A stretch of 64,000 nucleotides of DNA from the NCBI RefSeq assembly GCF_000143415.4, contig NW_003314334.1:814108-878107 (forward strand), given 5' to 3'. Below are positions 36,678 to 48,043 of this stretch, piece after piece. The position numbers and the translations under genes are program-made. The notes beneath the pieces are model-generated. The model did not search any database. It was not told the origin of the DNA and worked only from the letters and a program-made list of their open reading frames with translations. Within the stretch, counting starts at the first letter, position 1, and each line of letters begins with the position of its first letter. The DNA comes from Selaginella moellendorffii. Taxonomy: Eukaryota; Plantae; Lycopodiophyta.

Positions 36678-36759
36678 CCGCCATGGAAGATTCCTAATTT
36701 TTGGTTCCCAAGAAAGAGGGAAATTTTTTGCTAGGGTTCTTTGTCTCGCCCTCTCTCCG

Positions 36760-38255
36760 ATGGGAGATCTTCCGCCGATTGGAGAGCGCGACAGGAAAAT
36801 CCCTTGGCCGCCCGTGGTCGTGATCGAGAATGTGGCCACGACATACGATCGGCAGCTCAGGAAGCACAGAGGTATGGAGAACAGAGAAATTCGCGCAGCG
36901 ATCGAAGAGGTGATCAAGGTCGAGGATCGGCGTTTGATTCCCTTGTACAACTACGAGGGCCAGACTAGCCGCGCGTTCTTGGTCTTTCCGAGCACCGAGA
37001 TCGGGTATGAGAATGCCGTGAGAGTCCATGATGCGTTCGCTCCTCGTCGCGAGTCCAGGAGGAATGGGCAACTCTATGGATACCTCGCTACTCCAGAGGA
37101 TATGAAGCGCCTGGATTCAAACAAGAAAGCACTCCGGAACTGGACGATCGAGAGCCTCGAGGAGAAAGTTTTGAGGCCTCGGAGGGAGGCACTCCAGGTG
37201 CGATAGAAGCTTTCTTCTTTCTTTCTTTCTTTCTTTCGTGATCTTCCTCTGTCTCAAGTTTTTTTCTTTTGCGCTGTTGTTGTAGGAGTATGAGCGCGCG
37301 AAGCAGCTCCAGATCCAACTCCAGCAAGAGAATGACGCCGCCGAGAGCGCGCTCCACAACGACAGCCAAAAGGCAGCGATTTTGCAGGAAGAGCTGGCGA
37401 GAAAGAAGGAAGAAATGGAGAAGGAGAAACGCCTCCGAAGAGAAATCAAGGAGGCACATGAGCGTGAGGTAGGATTTCGATGGGCTCTCGTTGTTTTGAT
37501 CTTGTCTTTCGTTTTCCAGATGAAGAAGCGAAGGTCACAGCTCGAGGCCCAGCGGGAGATGGTGCTCCGGAGCTGCCGCCGAGAAAACGAGGAGCTCTTC
37601 GAGAGCCTGAAGAAAAAGCGTGAGGAGACCGACGCGGAGATCGCCAAATACCAGGAGGAGGAAAAAGCTCTGCGGCAAAACATAGACTCTCGCAACAAGG
37701 AGCTCCAGTTAAGTTTTCATTCTCTGTCGAGGATACTTATGCTCTGTTTTTCTTCTTTTCTTTGATTGTTCTCAGGAAGTTTGAGAGGCTTCTCAGCGAG
37801 CAAGGCCTTCAGATGAAAATAGGAGAAAGGCTTGCGGCGCTCAAGGAAGAGCAGCACAAGAGGATGATGGCACTCAGAACTCGCTACAACGAGGAGCGCT
37901 TGCAAGTAAGTACCGCAAGTCTCATCCCTTTCCTTCCCTCATTCTTCTTTCATCTTCTCCTTGGAATTTCCAGCTCGCCCAGCAGAAGCAGGCAAAGGAG
38001 AAGCAACTCCTGGAGGAGCAGCTGCGGAAGAAGGAGGAGCTCGCCCAGTCGATCAAATCGGACGAGAAGAACGCCAAGAACGAGAACTGTATCATCTGCA
38101 TGGAGAAGTTCTCGTTGCGGCGAGGTCTCTATGGTTGCGGCCACTCGTACGTTTGCGAGGAATGCTTACCAGCGGTATGGGGGGCGAAGAAGGAATGCCC
38201 GATTTGTAGGCACCCGCAGAAAAAAATGCCCATTCTCACCCATGTTTACTCGTAA
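36760..38255 (+). CDS. XS-domain (SGS3-like) / coiled-coil / C-terminal RING-HC protein, 5 exons, about 406 aa
   Basis: Exons 36760-37197, 37286-37468, 37520-37707, 37776-37905, 37974-38255 (all GT-AG, 1221 nt, frame intact). XS motifs IPWPPVVVIEN, GMEN, GYENAVRVH, QLYGYLAT; E/K/R/Q-rich coil; CIIC-x12-CGHSYVCEEC-x10-CPIC. Confidence 0.88.
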
Positions 38256-38357
38256 ACTTAGCCAACCTTTTGGCAAGTTTAGCGCTAATATCATGCAAAC
38301 TTTCATGATACGTGGTTAGGATCAAGACAAAACTTTTATTTCTGAAACGTCGTAGCC

Positions 38358-39005
38358 TTAAGAAAACTGCGACTTAAGCTGGCGGACAATGGACTCGTCA
38401 AGGAAGAAAGTTTTGGCCAGCACGTCGTCTCTAATCCCAGATCCGAACATGGACCTCGCGATAAGCTGCGCTCCAGGGTTCTGCTGCGAGTTGAGGGTGG
38501 CGATGGCCTTGGCCGGAGTGTCGCCCACATTGAGCTGCCAGTGAATGAGCGCGCGGGGGATCACCAAAACATCGCCCTTGTTGAGGATTTTGGCGAAGAG
38601 CCTGTTGTCTTGGGTCACAAAGCCGGCGTACAAGCTCCCCTCCTCGACGTAGACGAGCTCGGACGCGAGGGGGTGCGTGTGTGGAGGAATGAGGCCTCCC
38701 ACCGCGAAGTCGAGGCGTAGGATTGCGAAGCCGAGGGTGTTGAGACCCGGGAACGTTTGCACGATGCCTGGGAAGCTGTCGGCTCCGTAAGCGTTGCTTG
38801 TGTTGGCGGGCGTGGCGAGGCTGAAAACGAAGTCGTCGATGGTGGCGGCGTAGTAGTCCTTGCATGGATAGCCGTTGATGGTGAGGTTGAGGGTGAGATC
38901 GGCGACGCAGTAGTCCTGGAGGGGATCGGGATCGGCGGAGTGGCAAGGAAGGATGACTGCTGCAAGTGCCACCATCGCCAATCGCAAGAGAATGGATGTA
39001 GCCAT
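38358..39005 (-). CDS. Germin-like protein type B, copy 1
   Basis: Signal peptide, DPDPLQDYCVAD, GLIPPHTHPLASE, KGDVLVIPRALIHWQLNVG. Confidence 0.95.
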   Translation of the reverse strand: MATSILLRLAMVALAAVILPCHSADPDPLQDYCVADLTLNLTINGYPCKDYYAATIDDFVFSLATPANTSNAYGADSFPGIVQTFPGLNTLGFAILRLDFAVGGLIPPHTHPLASELVYVEEGSLYAGFVTQDNRLFAKILNKGDVLVIPRALIHWQLNVGDTPAKAIATLNSQQNPGAQLIARSMFGSGIRDDVLAKTFFLDESIVRQLKSQFS

Positions 39006-39719
39006 GATTGAATCGGACTAATATGAAAAAGAAGAAGCTTGTGGATGGAGGGATTTGATCGTTTGATGGAGATTTATACTCTGGGTGTCGTGTTGTTTCA
39101 GCCCAGGAGAGCCTTCTTGGGTTTTTCATGCTGTAGAATCCGCGTGAATTTTCTCCTCTTGTACAGTTATATCGTGAAGAGCAACTCTACGAGTTCTGAA
39201 CAGAAACAGAGAAAGAAACCCGAGCTTGACAAAAGAGAAGATTTTTCTTCGTCTGTAACGTGGAAAGCAATTGGTGTCATCTCTCGAAGAACAAGTTACG
39301 TAGGGGGCTTTGATCGCAACAGAAAGAAACCGAGCTTGATAAAAACGTGGAAAGAAAATGACGTTTTCCTCTCTCTGTTTTTTTTTTTTTTTTTTTGCAC
39401 ACAGACAATCTGGAATATAAAGTTGGACTTGTTGTTGGCCTGCAGTAACACCACCATTATATAGTATCAAAACTTGCCGTAAACACAACCAAAGCTTCAA
39501 GTGGATGATCCACTGATGAACTTCGCCTCATATAACGTTTTATCATTGATTAAGTGTGTAAAATTTTCTGAAAAACCTTGATGCTGGTTCTCATAATGTA
39601 GATAGACAATGAAATCGCTCATCTTAAGTGGCGATTCATATATGCAGCAGCTTGAAACAAAGAATTGGCGTCGCGTTTGGCGCCAAACTTCGAATTTTTA
39701 AAATTTTAAATCTAGGTCT

Positions 39720-39975
39720 AAAGTGATCGACTTCCCTCGTGGTTATAGTTCGTCCCACCATCTTGGACGTTCTTGAGGATCCTTAGCTGCGGTCCTTGTT
39801 CCACCGCTATCGTCCATCGTCTCACATCCACTGTCACCAAGTCATGCCCCCAGAGCATGGTCCCGGGGTGGCCAAGATCCTGCAGGTGGACATAAACTTG
39901 CGTCCAGCAGAAGAACCTCACTTCCCGGCAATGCATAAAGCACGCACCACGAGACTAGATTTTCGTCCGGCATTA
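39720..39975 (-). pseudogene. Second collapsed PPR-DYW remnant
   Basis: MPDENLVSW, VRFFCWTQVYVHLQDLG, EQGPQLRILKN; homologous to 19775-20045. Confidence 0.7.
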
Positions 39976-40237
39976 ACAAGAATTTGCATCGTGCACTAGG
40001 ACAAGACTGGATGAAGAGGACTGCACCTAGAAAGACCTCCACTATATGTTGCAACCAATTAACAAATGTTCAATATAGTTTTCTTGTACACTAAGTGGAT
40101 GGTTCTTGCAGAGCCTAAATTTTTTTGAGACCTGGCTACAATCTGTTGTCCCTCTTGAATGGCAACTAGTTTTAAACCACGGTTGAACTTAAAATATAGT
40201 GTGCAATAAAACAGCCAACTTATGAAATGTAGTAAGA

Positions 40238-41925
40238 TTACCATGCATCACTGCAAGAACAACAGCCTCCTTCGAAACAGTGAAGCTGTTGACCATCTTG
40301 AACAAAGATCTTCTTTCCTTTATCTCAGAAATCACTTTTGCTGACTGCACATCCGCATGTTATTACTGACAAGAACATTTGATTTGTGAGATTCTTGAAG
40401 CAATGCATATGCAATTGCAAGCTTCTCACTATGAACACCCTCTTTGTTGCAATTGGGGTGCCAAAAGTTCTCTTCTTTCACATCTTTTGCCAGCTTCATT
40501 AACCTCGTGAGCTCACCCCGTATTTCTTTTATACTAGGATGAGATCGATCCCCCACACGAAATGTGTGCATTTTTCCACTAACTTGGACACGGCTGATTG
40601 CTCCAAGCTTCTTCAAGCCCTTCTCTGTCACCATCTTTCTCAGCCCAGCAATTTCATCAGTCCTTCCACTTTTCCCATATATAATGTATGGGGTGGCATC
40701 CATGGCAAATATCTGCTCTGCAGCATATTTTCCATGCTCAGCATTTACATGCTTCCTACAGGAAGAGAGAAATGTCATCCAAATTCTTGCATCCCGCTCA
40801 TAGGGCATCGTCTCAATAAGTCTTGGGCCTCTTCCATCCACTTCACCTTCCCAAGCATCCCAACCATGCAATCGTAATGCTCAATCCCTAGCACAATACC
40901 AAAGTCGGGTTCCATGGGCGTGAAAAATAGGCTTTTGCTCTCTTCAACATCCAAAACCTGGCTGCTTGCTGCAAGTATAGCAATGAATGTGGGTAGAATT
41001 CCATTCAAAATCATCTCATTAAAGGTTTGAATCACATATGTTTCATCCCTTATCATTGTTGATCATGGATATCCATGTTTACAATCTTTGTTAGGCATGT
41101 TGGCAAACAATGCCTTTGCATCATCATACCTCCCGCACGCTGCATACACAATGTGCATTATATTGTGTGTGACAATATCTTTGTGTTTAGATTTGTCGTA
41201 AAAAAAGTCAACTGCTGACTGAAGATGGCCGTTTTGGGCATAAGCCCACAGCATCGCATTGACTGACACCACATCCGGCTCGTCCATCCGGTCAAACATG
41301 GCCCTCGCGGAGTCAACGTCTCGGAATAGGCCTCCAACATCATCGTCCAGTGAACCACTGTTTTGTCATGCGGCATTTCCTCCAACAATTTGAGAGCTTT
41401 TGCCAAACTTTCTTTTCCACTTGCGTGACACAGTGCCTCTGAGTAGACACGTCCAAGAAATAGCATCTTTCGTGGGCATGGTGTTAAATATATTTTTCGC
41501 ATGGACTAATCGACCATTTCGTACAAGCTCCTTCATCATTGAATTCCAAGTGATCTGGTTCCTGAGCTCTTTTGGCATTGACTCAAACATCTCCTCAGCT
41601 TCTTGCAGTCTGCCAGCTTTTCCGTATGCAGAGATCATCACATTCCATGATGCTGCACTCTTGGTGTCACGGGGAATCCCATCAAACATCTCGCGAGCTC
41701 GATTAACTTGCCCGTTCTGAGCATACCCTTGGACCATTGTGTTCAATGTAACAACGTTTGCCACCTTCAGCCCATCAAAAATTCTCCTTGCCTCGTCTAC
41801 TTCCCCATAATCCATGTATGCACCCAAGAGTATGGTCCATGAGTAATCATCCTTTTCGGGCACTTGATTGAAAAACTCCTTTATCTCAACGAGTTTTCTT
41901 TTTAGCCATAGCTGCTAACATGATG
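40238..41925 (-). pseudogene. PPR-E-DYW-like pseudogene (ends CSCSDAW*)
   Basis: PPR motifs over several frames, KKLGAISRVQVSGKMHTFRVGDRSHP, HSEKLAIAY, frameshifted IFVQDGQQLHCFEGGCCSCSDAW*. Confidence 0.85.
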
Positions 41926-42250
41926 TTAAATTCTTGGCTTCCATCTTCTCGAACAATCTGCAAGTCGCTTACCCTTGTATTTTCCAAAGTCCACTACCAT
42001 TGATCCAATTCTATCACCATTTGGCTCGTGTATTTGCACATCCTTGTTTCTGGCCAAAGTTTGAATTGCTACCTCCTTCCACTCATTGTCAAGCTCTTGA
42101 CTCATCCATTTCAAGTAGTTTTCAGGTACCGATTCAGATTCCTCGTGATTAGTGCCACAATTTAAAAGCTCGTTAGAGAATTAGAAAAGCGTTGCAACTA
42201 GCTTAGATCAAGAGAAAGCTTACCACTTACCATTGCAAGTGCAGCGGCCG

Positions 42251-43856
42251 TCAACGATGGTGTGCGTAGTCGCGGCATCCTTCACCACAAAAGATGAATG
42301 CCACAAACTTCCTCCCAATGCCGTTTGCTTCGACCGTGCTTATGCCCGGAATCCTCCTCAACTTGAGTTTCTTGATCTTTCCCAGGATTTCTTTGAGCTT
42401 CTTTTCCTGCTTCGTGTTGTAGTAGATGCTGCCCAGCATGATGTATACGGTGGGGGACTTGTCATCGTCGCTCTTGAGCCTCAGAAGCTTCTCTGCTGCA
42501 ATCTCGCCGTAGACCACGTTGTCAACCATTCTTGCCGCAGAGAGAACCGCCATCCAGTTCACGGATCGTCTGGCAAACAGCTTGCAAGCTCCACGGCCGC
42601 TGCAAACTTCCCACCTCGGGCAAGGTTGATGACCACTTGGCCATAGTGCGAGGCATTCGGAACGAAGTCGAAGTCGCGTACAATTGTTCCAGGCTCTTCA
42701 CCACTAGCAACCCAGACGAGAAACGTAACTCTTGCTGGTTCGATGCCTTCTTGGATCATCCTCTGGATCGTCAAATCTGCTGCCTGGCCTGGAAAACAAG
42801 ATACAATCAGCCGAGCCGAAAAAAGAAGAAGAAAAGCGAAATGGAACTATACCTGTTGTTCTGGACATAGGCTGACGCAAGGCTTGTCCAGGTAAAGACA
42901 TCCTTCTCCTTTGCCCGTTCGAAAAGAGCTTCCGAGTCTTCAAGCAGCGGCAAACTGGAAATCATAATGTTGAACGACCTGGTGTCGATCCTATCACCCC
43001 CTCCTTCGGCGAAGAGCTTCTGTGCTCGCCAGTAATAGCCGTTCTTCACATAAACCGCGAGAAGAGCGTTGAAGGCAGCAGCATCCGGAGAGGGGATTCG
43101 CTTGTAGACATTCTCGGCAACATCAACGAGATGACCATGGGTACCAAGGCTGTGCATGAGAGACGTGTAGCTGCTTCGAATAATCGCGTCGACATATCCA
43201 TCATCGTAGCAAAAGGCCTTGAAGTACTGTGCTCTGACGTCCTCCAGGTCTGACGAGGCAACAGCAGCCTTGAGCTCTGCAATTGCAAAGTGCCTGAGTA
43301 TGGTCGTTGAGTAGCTATCCCAGCAAGGATACCGCATGAAGCAGGGGCGAGCTCCATAGAAGCTGGTAAAACAAACAGACGAAGAGTTAAAACGTAAGAC
43401 TTTAGCAAAACCGTGCTCACCTTGCATGCGCATTAAGCACGATATTCCACGGAACAGCATTTCTCGTGGTGGCTCTTTGGAAGAGCTCCAAGGCCTCGTC
43501 AGGCTTCTTGTTCACCGCGTAAGCCTGCAACATGGCGTTGTACGAGTAGCGCATTTGGAGAGGAGATGCTATTGAATAGCTTCTTCGCGTCCTCCAGCCT
43601 CCCTGCTTTTCCGGCTTCTTTGATGAGATCGTGGCACCGCTTCCGGTCGGCAGGAGCACGCAGCCGATGCGCTTTTCGCGAAGCTGGTCTGCTTCTGATC
43701 GGTAGAAGCATTCCTCGCTGGGCGCTTCCGCTTGCTTTCCACAGCGCTCTCCTTCTGGCCAGTAGGCTCAGTTTCCACCTGTGGAGCGCTTGGCTTGGAC
43801 GTTCGGTACGATGAGCTCCAAGCCTCGTAAATCTTCAGCATCAGCGCGTCCGTCAT
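42251..43856 (-). pseudogene. Divergent PPR (E-class) pseudogene
   Basis: AGRLEDAKKLF, SYNAMLQAYA, AFNALLAVYVKNG, GIEPARVTF, E-domain WMAVLSA..YIMLGSIY..RRIPGISTVE; multiple frameshifts. Confidence 0.8.
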
Positions 43857-45342
43857 CCGGGAGAAGGAAGCTTTCCTCAGCCGGCAACAAGAGTTAAGTT
43901 AGTGCGCAACCAAAGGAGAAAGATAAAAGCACGCAAAGGGAGCAAGCAAGAAAGCAAAAGAACTCAAACGCTACCTCAGCCCCTACAACACAAGAACACG
44001 AGAACATTCCGAGAGAAGAGCCCCTACTAGCGAGAAAACACGAAGAAGCCGCAAAACACACGAGAATCGAGGCAGGCCACAGAAAATGGAAGCCTCTGGC
44101 TCGAAGAAAGGAATGGTAACGCCAAATACAACAGGGGAACAAGACACGCTCGCAATCCACAGGGGAAACCAGCGCCTTTGCTCAGAAAGAAGAGCAAGAA
44201 TCCAGCCACAGCAGCGCAAGAAGTCGCAAGGGTAGTAGTAGAGGAAAATCGGAGGGAATGGAGGCTTTCGGCTCCAAAGAAGGCGCAAAGAACGCAGTCA
44301 AAACCACACGCTAGCAAATCTAAGCCACCTTGTATGTGAATCTCGAAGGATTGCCGACCTTGAGCTGGAGCAGCATGGCGTTCCTCCTCGTCGAGACGGC
44401 CCTTGCGCTGAGCATCCTGGAAGAGCTGATCGGTGATGAACGTGTAAAAGTGAGAAATTTTACCTCAGGTGGATGCATTCCCGTACGGTTCACGCCCATG
44501 GCAGCTGGATTTTTAAACCAGTGTGAAACGGTCGCGGGGAAAGTTCGAGTCCTGTATTGTAACACGATCGTCGACGACCGGTGTTCGAATCCGGGATGGA
44601 GAAAGAATGCCTGGAATGAAGCTCGTCGGCAATGGAGTGGATGGGAGACCCTTACCTTGGCGTGAGAAGGAACTCGGACCAGCTTTTACTCCTTCCTGGA
44701 ACAAGTTGGAGGCGAGCGAGCTAAAGCCAACCTCTTGGTGCATCCAAACATCTTGTATGTTCCTGCGATAAGATATGAAAATCAAAAGGAAACGAAATTC
44801 TCGCTAGTTACCTGCGACATGGAGAGACAAGCTGCCAGTGCTGACGACATTGCTCCTCACCGATCTAAATCGCAAGTGCCAGAGAGAAAGAGTATGACAA
44901 ATCCTACCTTTCCTCCGCCCGATTGCTCCCTGTCGCCAAACGATCCGAAACTACCATGCCGCGATAGCCGCAAGAGCTCATTCCGCTGGATCCTGCTCAG
45001 TAGCGCGGGGAACGTTATATTATTACCAGTTACATTTGTTAAATAAATGTAGAAGTTAAAAGTAAGAAAGAATTCTCTATTTGATTCTTTTACCACCTTT
45101 CATATAGGCCTTCGATCCTGGTGGAAAAAAATGTATAGATCCACGTGTACGGTCCGTGTGCGATTCTTCTGCCAGTTACTGAAATATCTCGAGGAATCGC
45201 AGCGGCGGCGCCTTTTGGGGTCTGACATGGAAAGAATCCCTGCTCGGCGGAAGCAGCAGGGATCGTGATGAGAGAGGCCAGCGCCAATGCTCTCCATTCT
45301 TGGAACTAAAGCCCTGGGCCGTGCCCCCGGATAATTTCCTCG

Positions 45343-45762
45343 ATGGCCTACCTCGAAGAGGGCGATTCCAAGAGCGTGGACGACAACTTAAGCCCAGGGT
45401 TGTCCGGCCAGACGATCCAGGGGAGTATGTGCTTGCTGAGAGCATACCGGGTGAATGGTCACACGAAAGCCAAGCTGCTCAACCCGAGGCCAATCTGGAT
45501 CATTTTTTATCGGGGTGTGGAGGATGTCCGGGTTTTTGTCAATCGTCCAGTCCAGACTCTCCAGGCGCTCTTGAAGCGGCTGGAGCAAGCGTGGGACGAT
45601 GAGCACATCCCGGATCGAGAGAAGTGCAACTGGTTGAGGGAGAAGATCGAGCGCAAGTATTCCAAGAAAAGGCAGATTACCATCCTCGACTGGGGGACAA
45701 AGTTTCAGAAAGAACTTAAGTGGACGGCCAAAAGGTTTGGACTGGAAGGTTGTGAGACATGA
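45343..45762 (+). other. Unidentified ORF/relic (139 aa) at the duplication junction
   Basis: Open frame with protein-like composition; its upstream frame contains stops; its TGA overlaps the ATG of the next ORF. Confidence 0.3.
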
Positions 45763-46457
45763 AGGAGCAAATCGATCGGGAGTTGCGAGCCTTGGCATCG
45801 GTATGCCGAGGAGCTCGTCAACTCGATGCCATTTCTTCCGGAGTGATGATATGGATGTCGCTGCTGGGACCTTGTCGCCTCCACCGGCATGCCGACTGTG
45901 CTGAGAGAGTCGCAGCGAAGATCTTCGAGCTGGAGCCCGGCTACACGACTGCCTACGTCGTTCTCTCAAACATGTACTCGTCGATCGGGAGGAGGGACAA
46001 GGTATCGATGATCCGGAACCTGATGAAGTCGAGGCGAGTGAGAAAAGTTCCGGGGATCAGCAACATCGAAGTTGGCAGCGAAGTTCACAGTTTCGTGGTG
46101 GGGGATCTTTCGCATCCTCGCAGCGAAGACATCGTCGTGGAGCTCCAGAGGCCGGCGAGAGAAATGCGAGACGCTGGCTACGTTCCCGACACGAAGGAGA
46201 TCTTGCATGACGTTGGCGAGGAGCAGAAAGAGGAGCTGCTGCACTACCACAGCGAGAAAATGGCTGTGGCTTTTGGATTGATCAGCACGGAGCAAGGGTC
46301 GCCGCTGAGGATCCTCAAGAACTTGCGGGTGTGCGGGGATTGCCACTCGGCTATCAAGTTTGTGTCCAAGATGGTGGGACGATCTATAACCGTGAGAGAC
46401 GCTAGCCGGTTCCATCACTTTAGCAACGGGACGTGCTCTTGCGGAGATTACTGGTGA
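45759..46457 (+). CDS. Truncated duplicate of the PPR-DYW gene: stand-alone E-DYW ORF (232 aa; gene or pseudogene)
   Basis: 45805-46457 is a near-identical inverted copy of 34407-35060; a 1-nt deletion near 45842 fuses a new N-terminus; HSE, CGDC and DYW are intact. Confidence 0.6.
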   Translation: MKEQIDRELRALASVCRGARQLDAISSGVMIWMSLLGPCRLHRHADCAERVAAKIFELEPGYTTAYVVLSNMYSSIGRRDKVSMIRNLMKSRRVRKVPGISNIEVGSEVHSFVVGDLSHPRSEDIVVELQRPAREMRDAGYVPDTKEILHDVGEEQKEELLHYHSEKMAVAFGLISTEQGSPLRILKNLRVCGDCHSAIKFVSKMVGRSITVRDASRFHHFSNGTCSCGDYW

Positions 46458-46631
46458 CTAAATTTTGCTCGGCCTATTTCGAGAAATCGATGCTGAGCGG
46501 AGGAGCTTTTCCAGCGCATCTTTGCTTTTCTGGTTGCTTCATCGCGGCTACTTTCTTGCAGCGGAATGCAATCAACAAACTTGCATAGACTCCAAAGACA
46601 AGGAGAAAAGAATCTTATACACGGGAGAATC

Positions 46632-47285
46632 TTATACAAAGTTGGATCGGACTTGGTTGATGCCACGCTCGTCCAAGAAGAAAGTCTTCTCAAGCACCTC
46701 GTCCGGCACCTCTGGTCGGGATCCAAACATGGATCTCGCAATGAACTGGATTCCGGGGAGCTGGGAGTTGAGAGTGGCGATGATCTTCGCGTTGGTCCTT
46801 CCCACGTTCATCTGCCAGTGGATTAATCCGCGAGGAATCACCATGACTTCTCCCCTGTTCATCACTCGGGCAAACAGGCGATTGTCCGCTGTGACGATGG
46901 CAGCGTACACGGTCCCTTCTTCTACGTAGACCATCTCTGAGGCTCTGGGATGGGTGTGTGGAGGGATGATCCCTTCCGGGAGAAAGTCGAGCCTAGCGAT
47001 GGAGAGACCCAAAGTGTTGAGGCCCGGGAATCTCAGCACGGTTCCAAAGATGGCGCCAGAGCGATTGATGTTTGTGGTGTTGGAGGAGTTGACGATTCCG
47101 CTGTAGATGAAATCATCCACCGTGACTGCGGACGAGTTCCTGCATGGGAATCCATTGATCCCGGGGACGACGTTGAGATCCCCGATGCAAAAGTCCTGGA
47201 GTGGATCTGGATCGGATGAAACTACTGCGCACACGAAGAATGCGAGCAAAGCAATCGAGACAGCATGAGATTTGGAGAGAGCCAT
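46632..47285 (-). CDS. Germin-like protein type A, copy 7
   Basis: 217-aa ORF from ATG 47285, germin boxes. Confidence 0.95.
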   Translation of the reverse strand: MALSKSHAVSIALLAFFVCAVVSSDPDPLQDFCIGDLNVVPGINGFPCRNSSAVTVDDFIYSGIVNSSNTTNINRSGAIFGTVLRFPGLNTLGLSIARLDFLPEGIIPPHTHPRASEMVYVEEGTVYAAIVTADNRLFARVMNRGEVMVIPRGLIHWQMNVGRTNAKIIATLNSQLPGIQFIARSMFGSRPEVPDEVLEKTFFLDERGINQVRSNFV

Positions 47286-47711
47286 AGTCGAAGAACTGGA
47301 TGAAATCTTTGATTGGAGATGAGTGGATCGCTGGAATTGTGATGAAGAACCATTGCCTTGAATGATATATATACCTCGAAAATGTGGTAGTACTTGGATG
47401 CTCCGCGTACACACTAATTTGGAACGACGAGTCAACGGCCGCCCCTTGGAACGCGAAGTTTGAATTACATTATAGGTCAAAGGTCAATATAAGTACACTT
47501 AACGGTATTTTACAAAAAATAAAAATAGAATTTTGGAAATTAAGCAGCATGAGCATTAGTATTGGTTTTTCAATCTATTCATTCCTCTCAATGGAGTGTA
47601 TCCCTCTGCCCCCTTGCGCTATGGCAGATCAAATTCCAAAAAATGGTGAGAAAAGGCAGCTCTTCAATTATCCATTTACCCTTAAGTTTTTTACTTGTTT
47701 ATTTCCAAAAA

Positions 47712-48043
47712 GAGATAGACGCTGTCAAGAACAGCGAAGCCAGTGGCGACGCCTTTCCTTGACTTTGCGTCAGTCACGGTGCCAGTATGATTCGTTGAAC
47801 GCTAACTGAACTTTATTCTGAAGCGCATCTCTCTTCCAATGGAACGCTTTCTGTGTGAGTGCAATCTTTGTTTGGATATATGCTTCGTCCACTTATAATT
47901 ATGTTTTTCTCTTTTCTTTGTTTCGCAGTGATGGGCATCTTGTCGCAGTTGCCTACTACAGATCAGGCTACGCACCCGATGATCCTTCCGAGCTGGTATA
48001 TGTCAGTCATTCGTGGCTATTTCTTTATTTTCGTTTTGTTTCG
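47712..48043 (+). pseudogene. Glutathione synthetase fragment carrying the same inversion junction as 30870
   Basis: Reverse complement of about 30583-30905; [21 protein letters not shown] on +, GVATGFAVLDSVYL on -. Confidence 0.85.

Noticed and set aside
36460-36759. N-terminal extension of the XS ORF (and 36678-36950 extension of the PPR ORF)
   Set aside because: Each is largely antisense to the other gene's conserved coding sequence; downstream ATGs fit the domain starts better.
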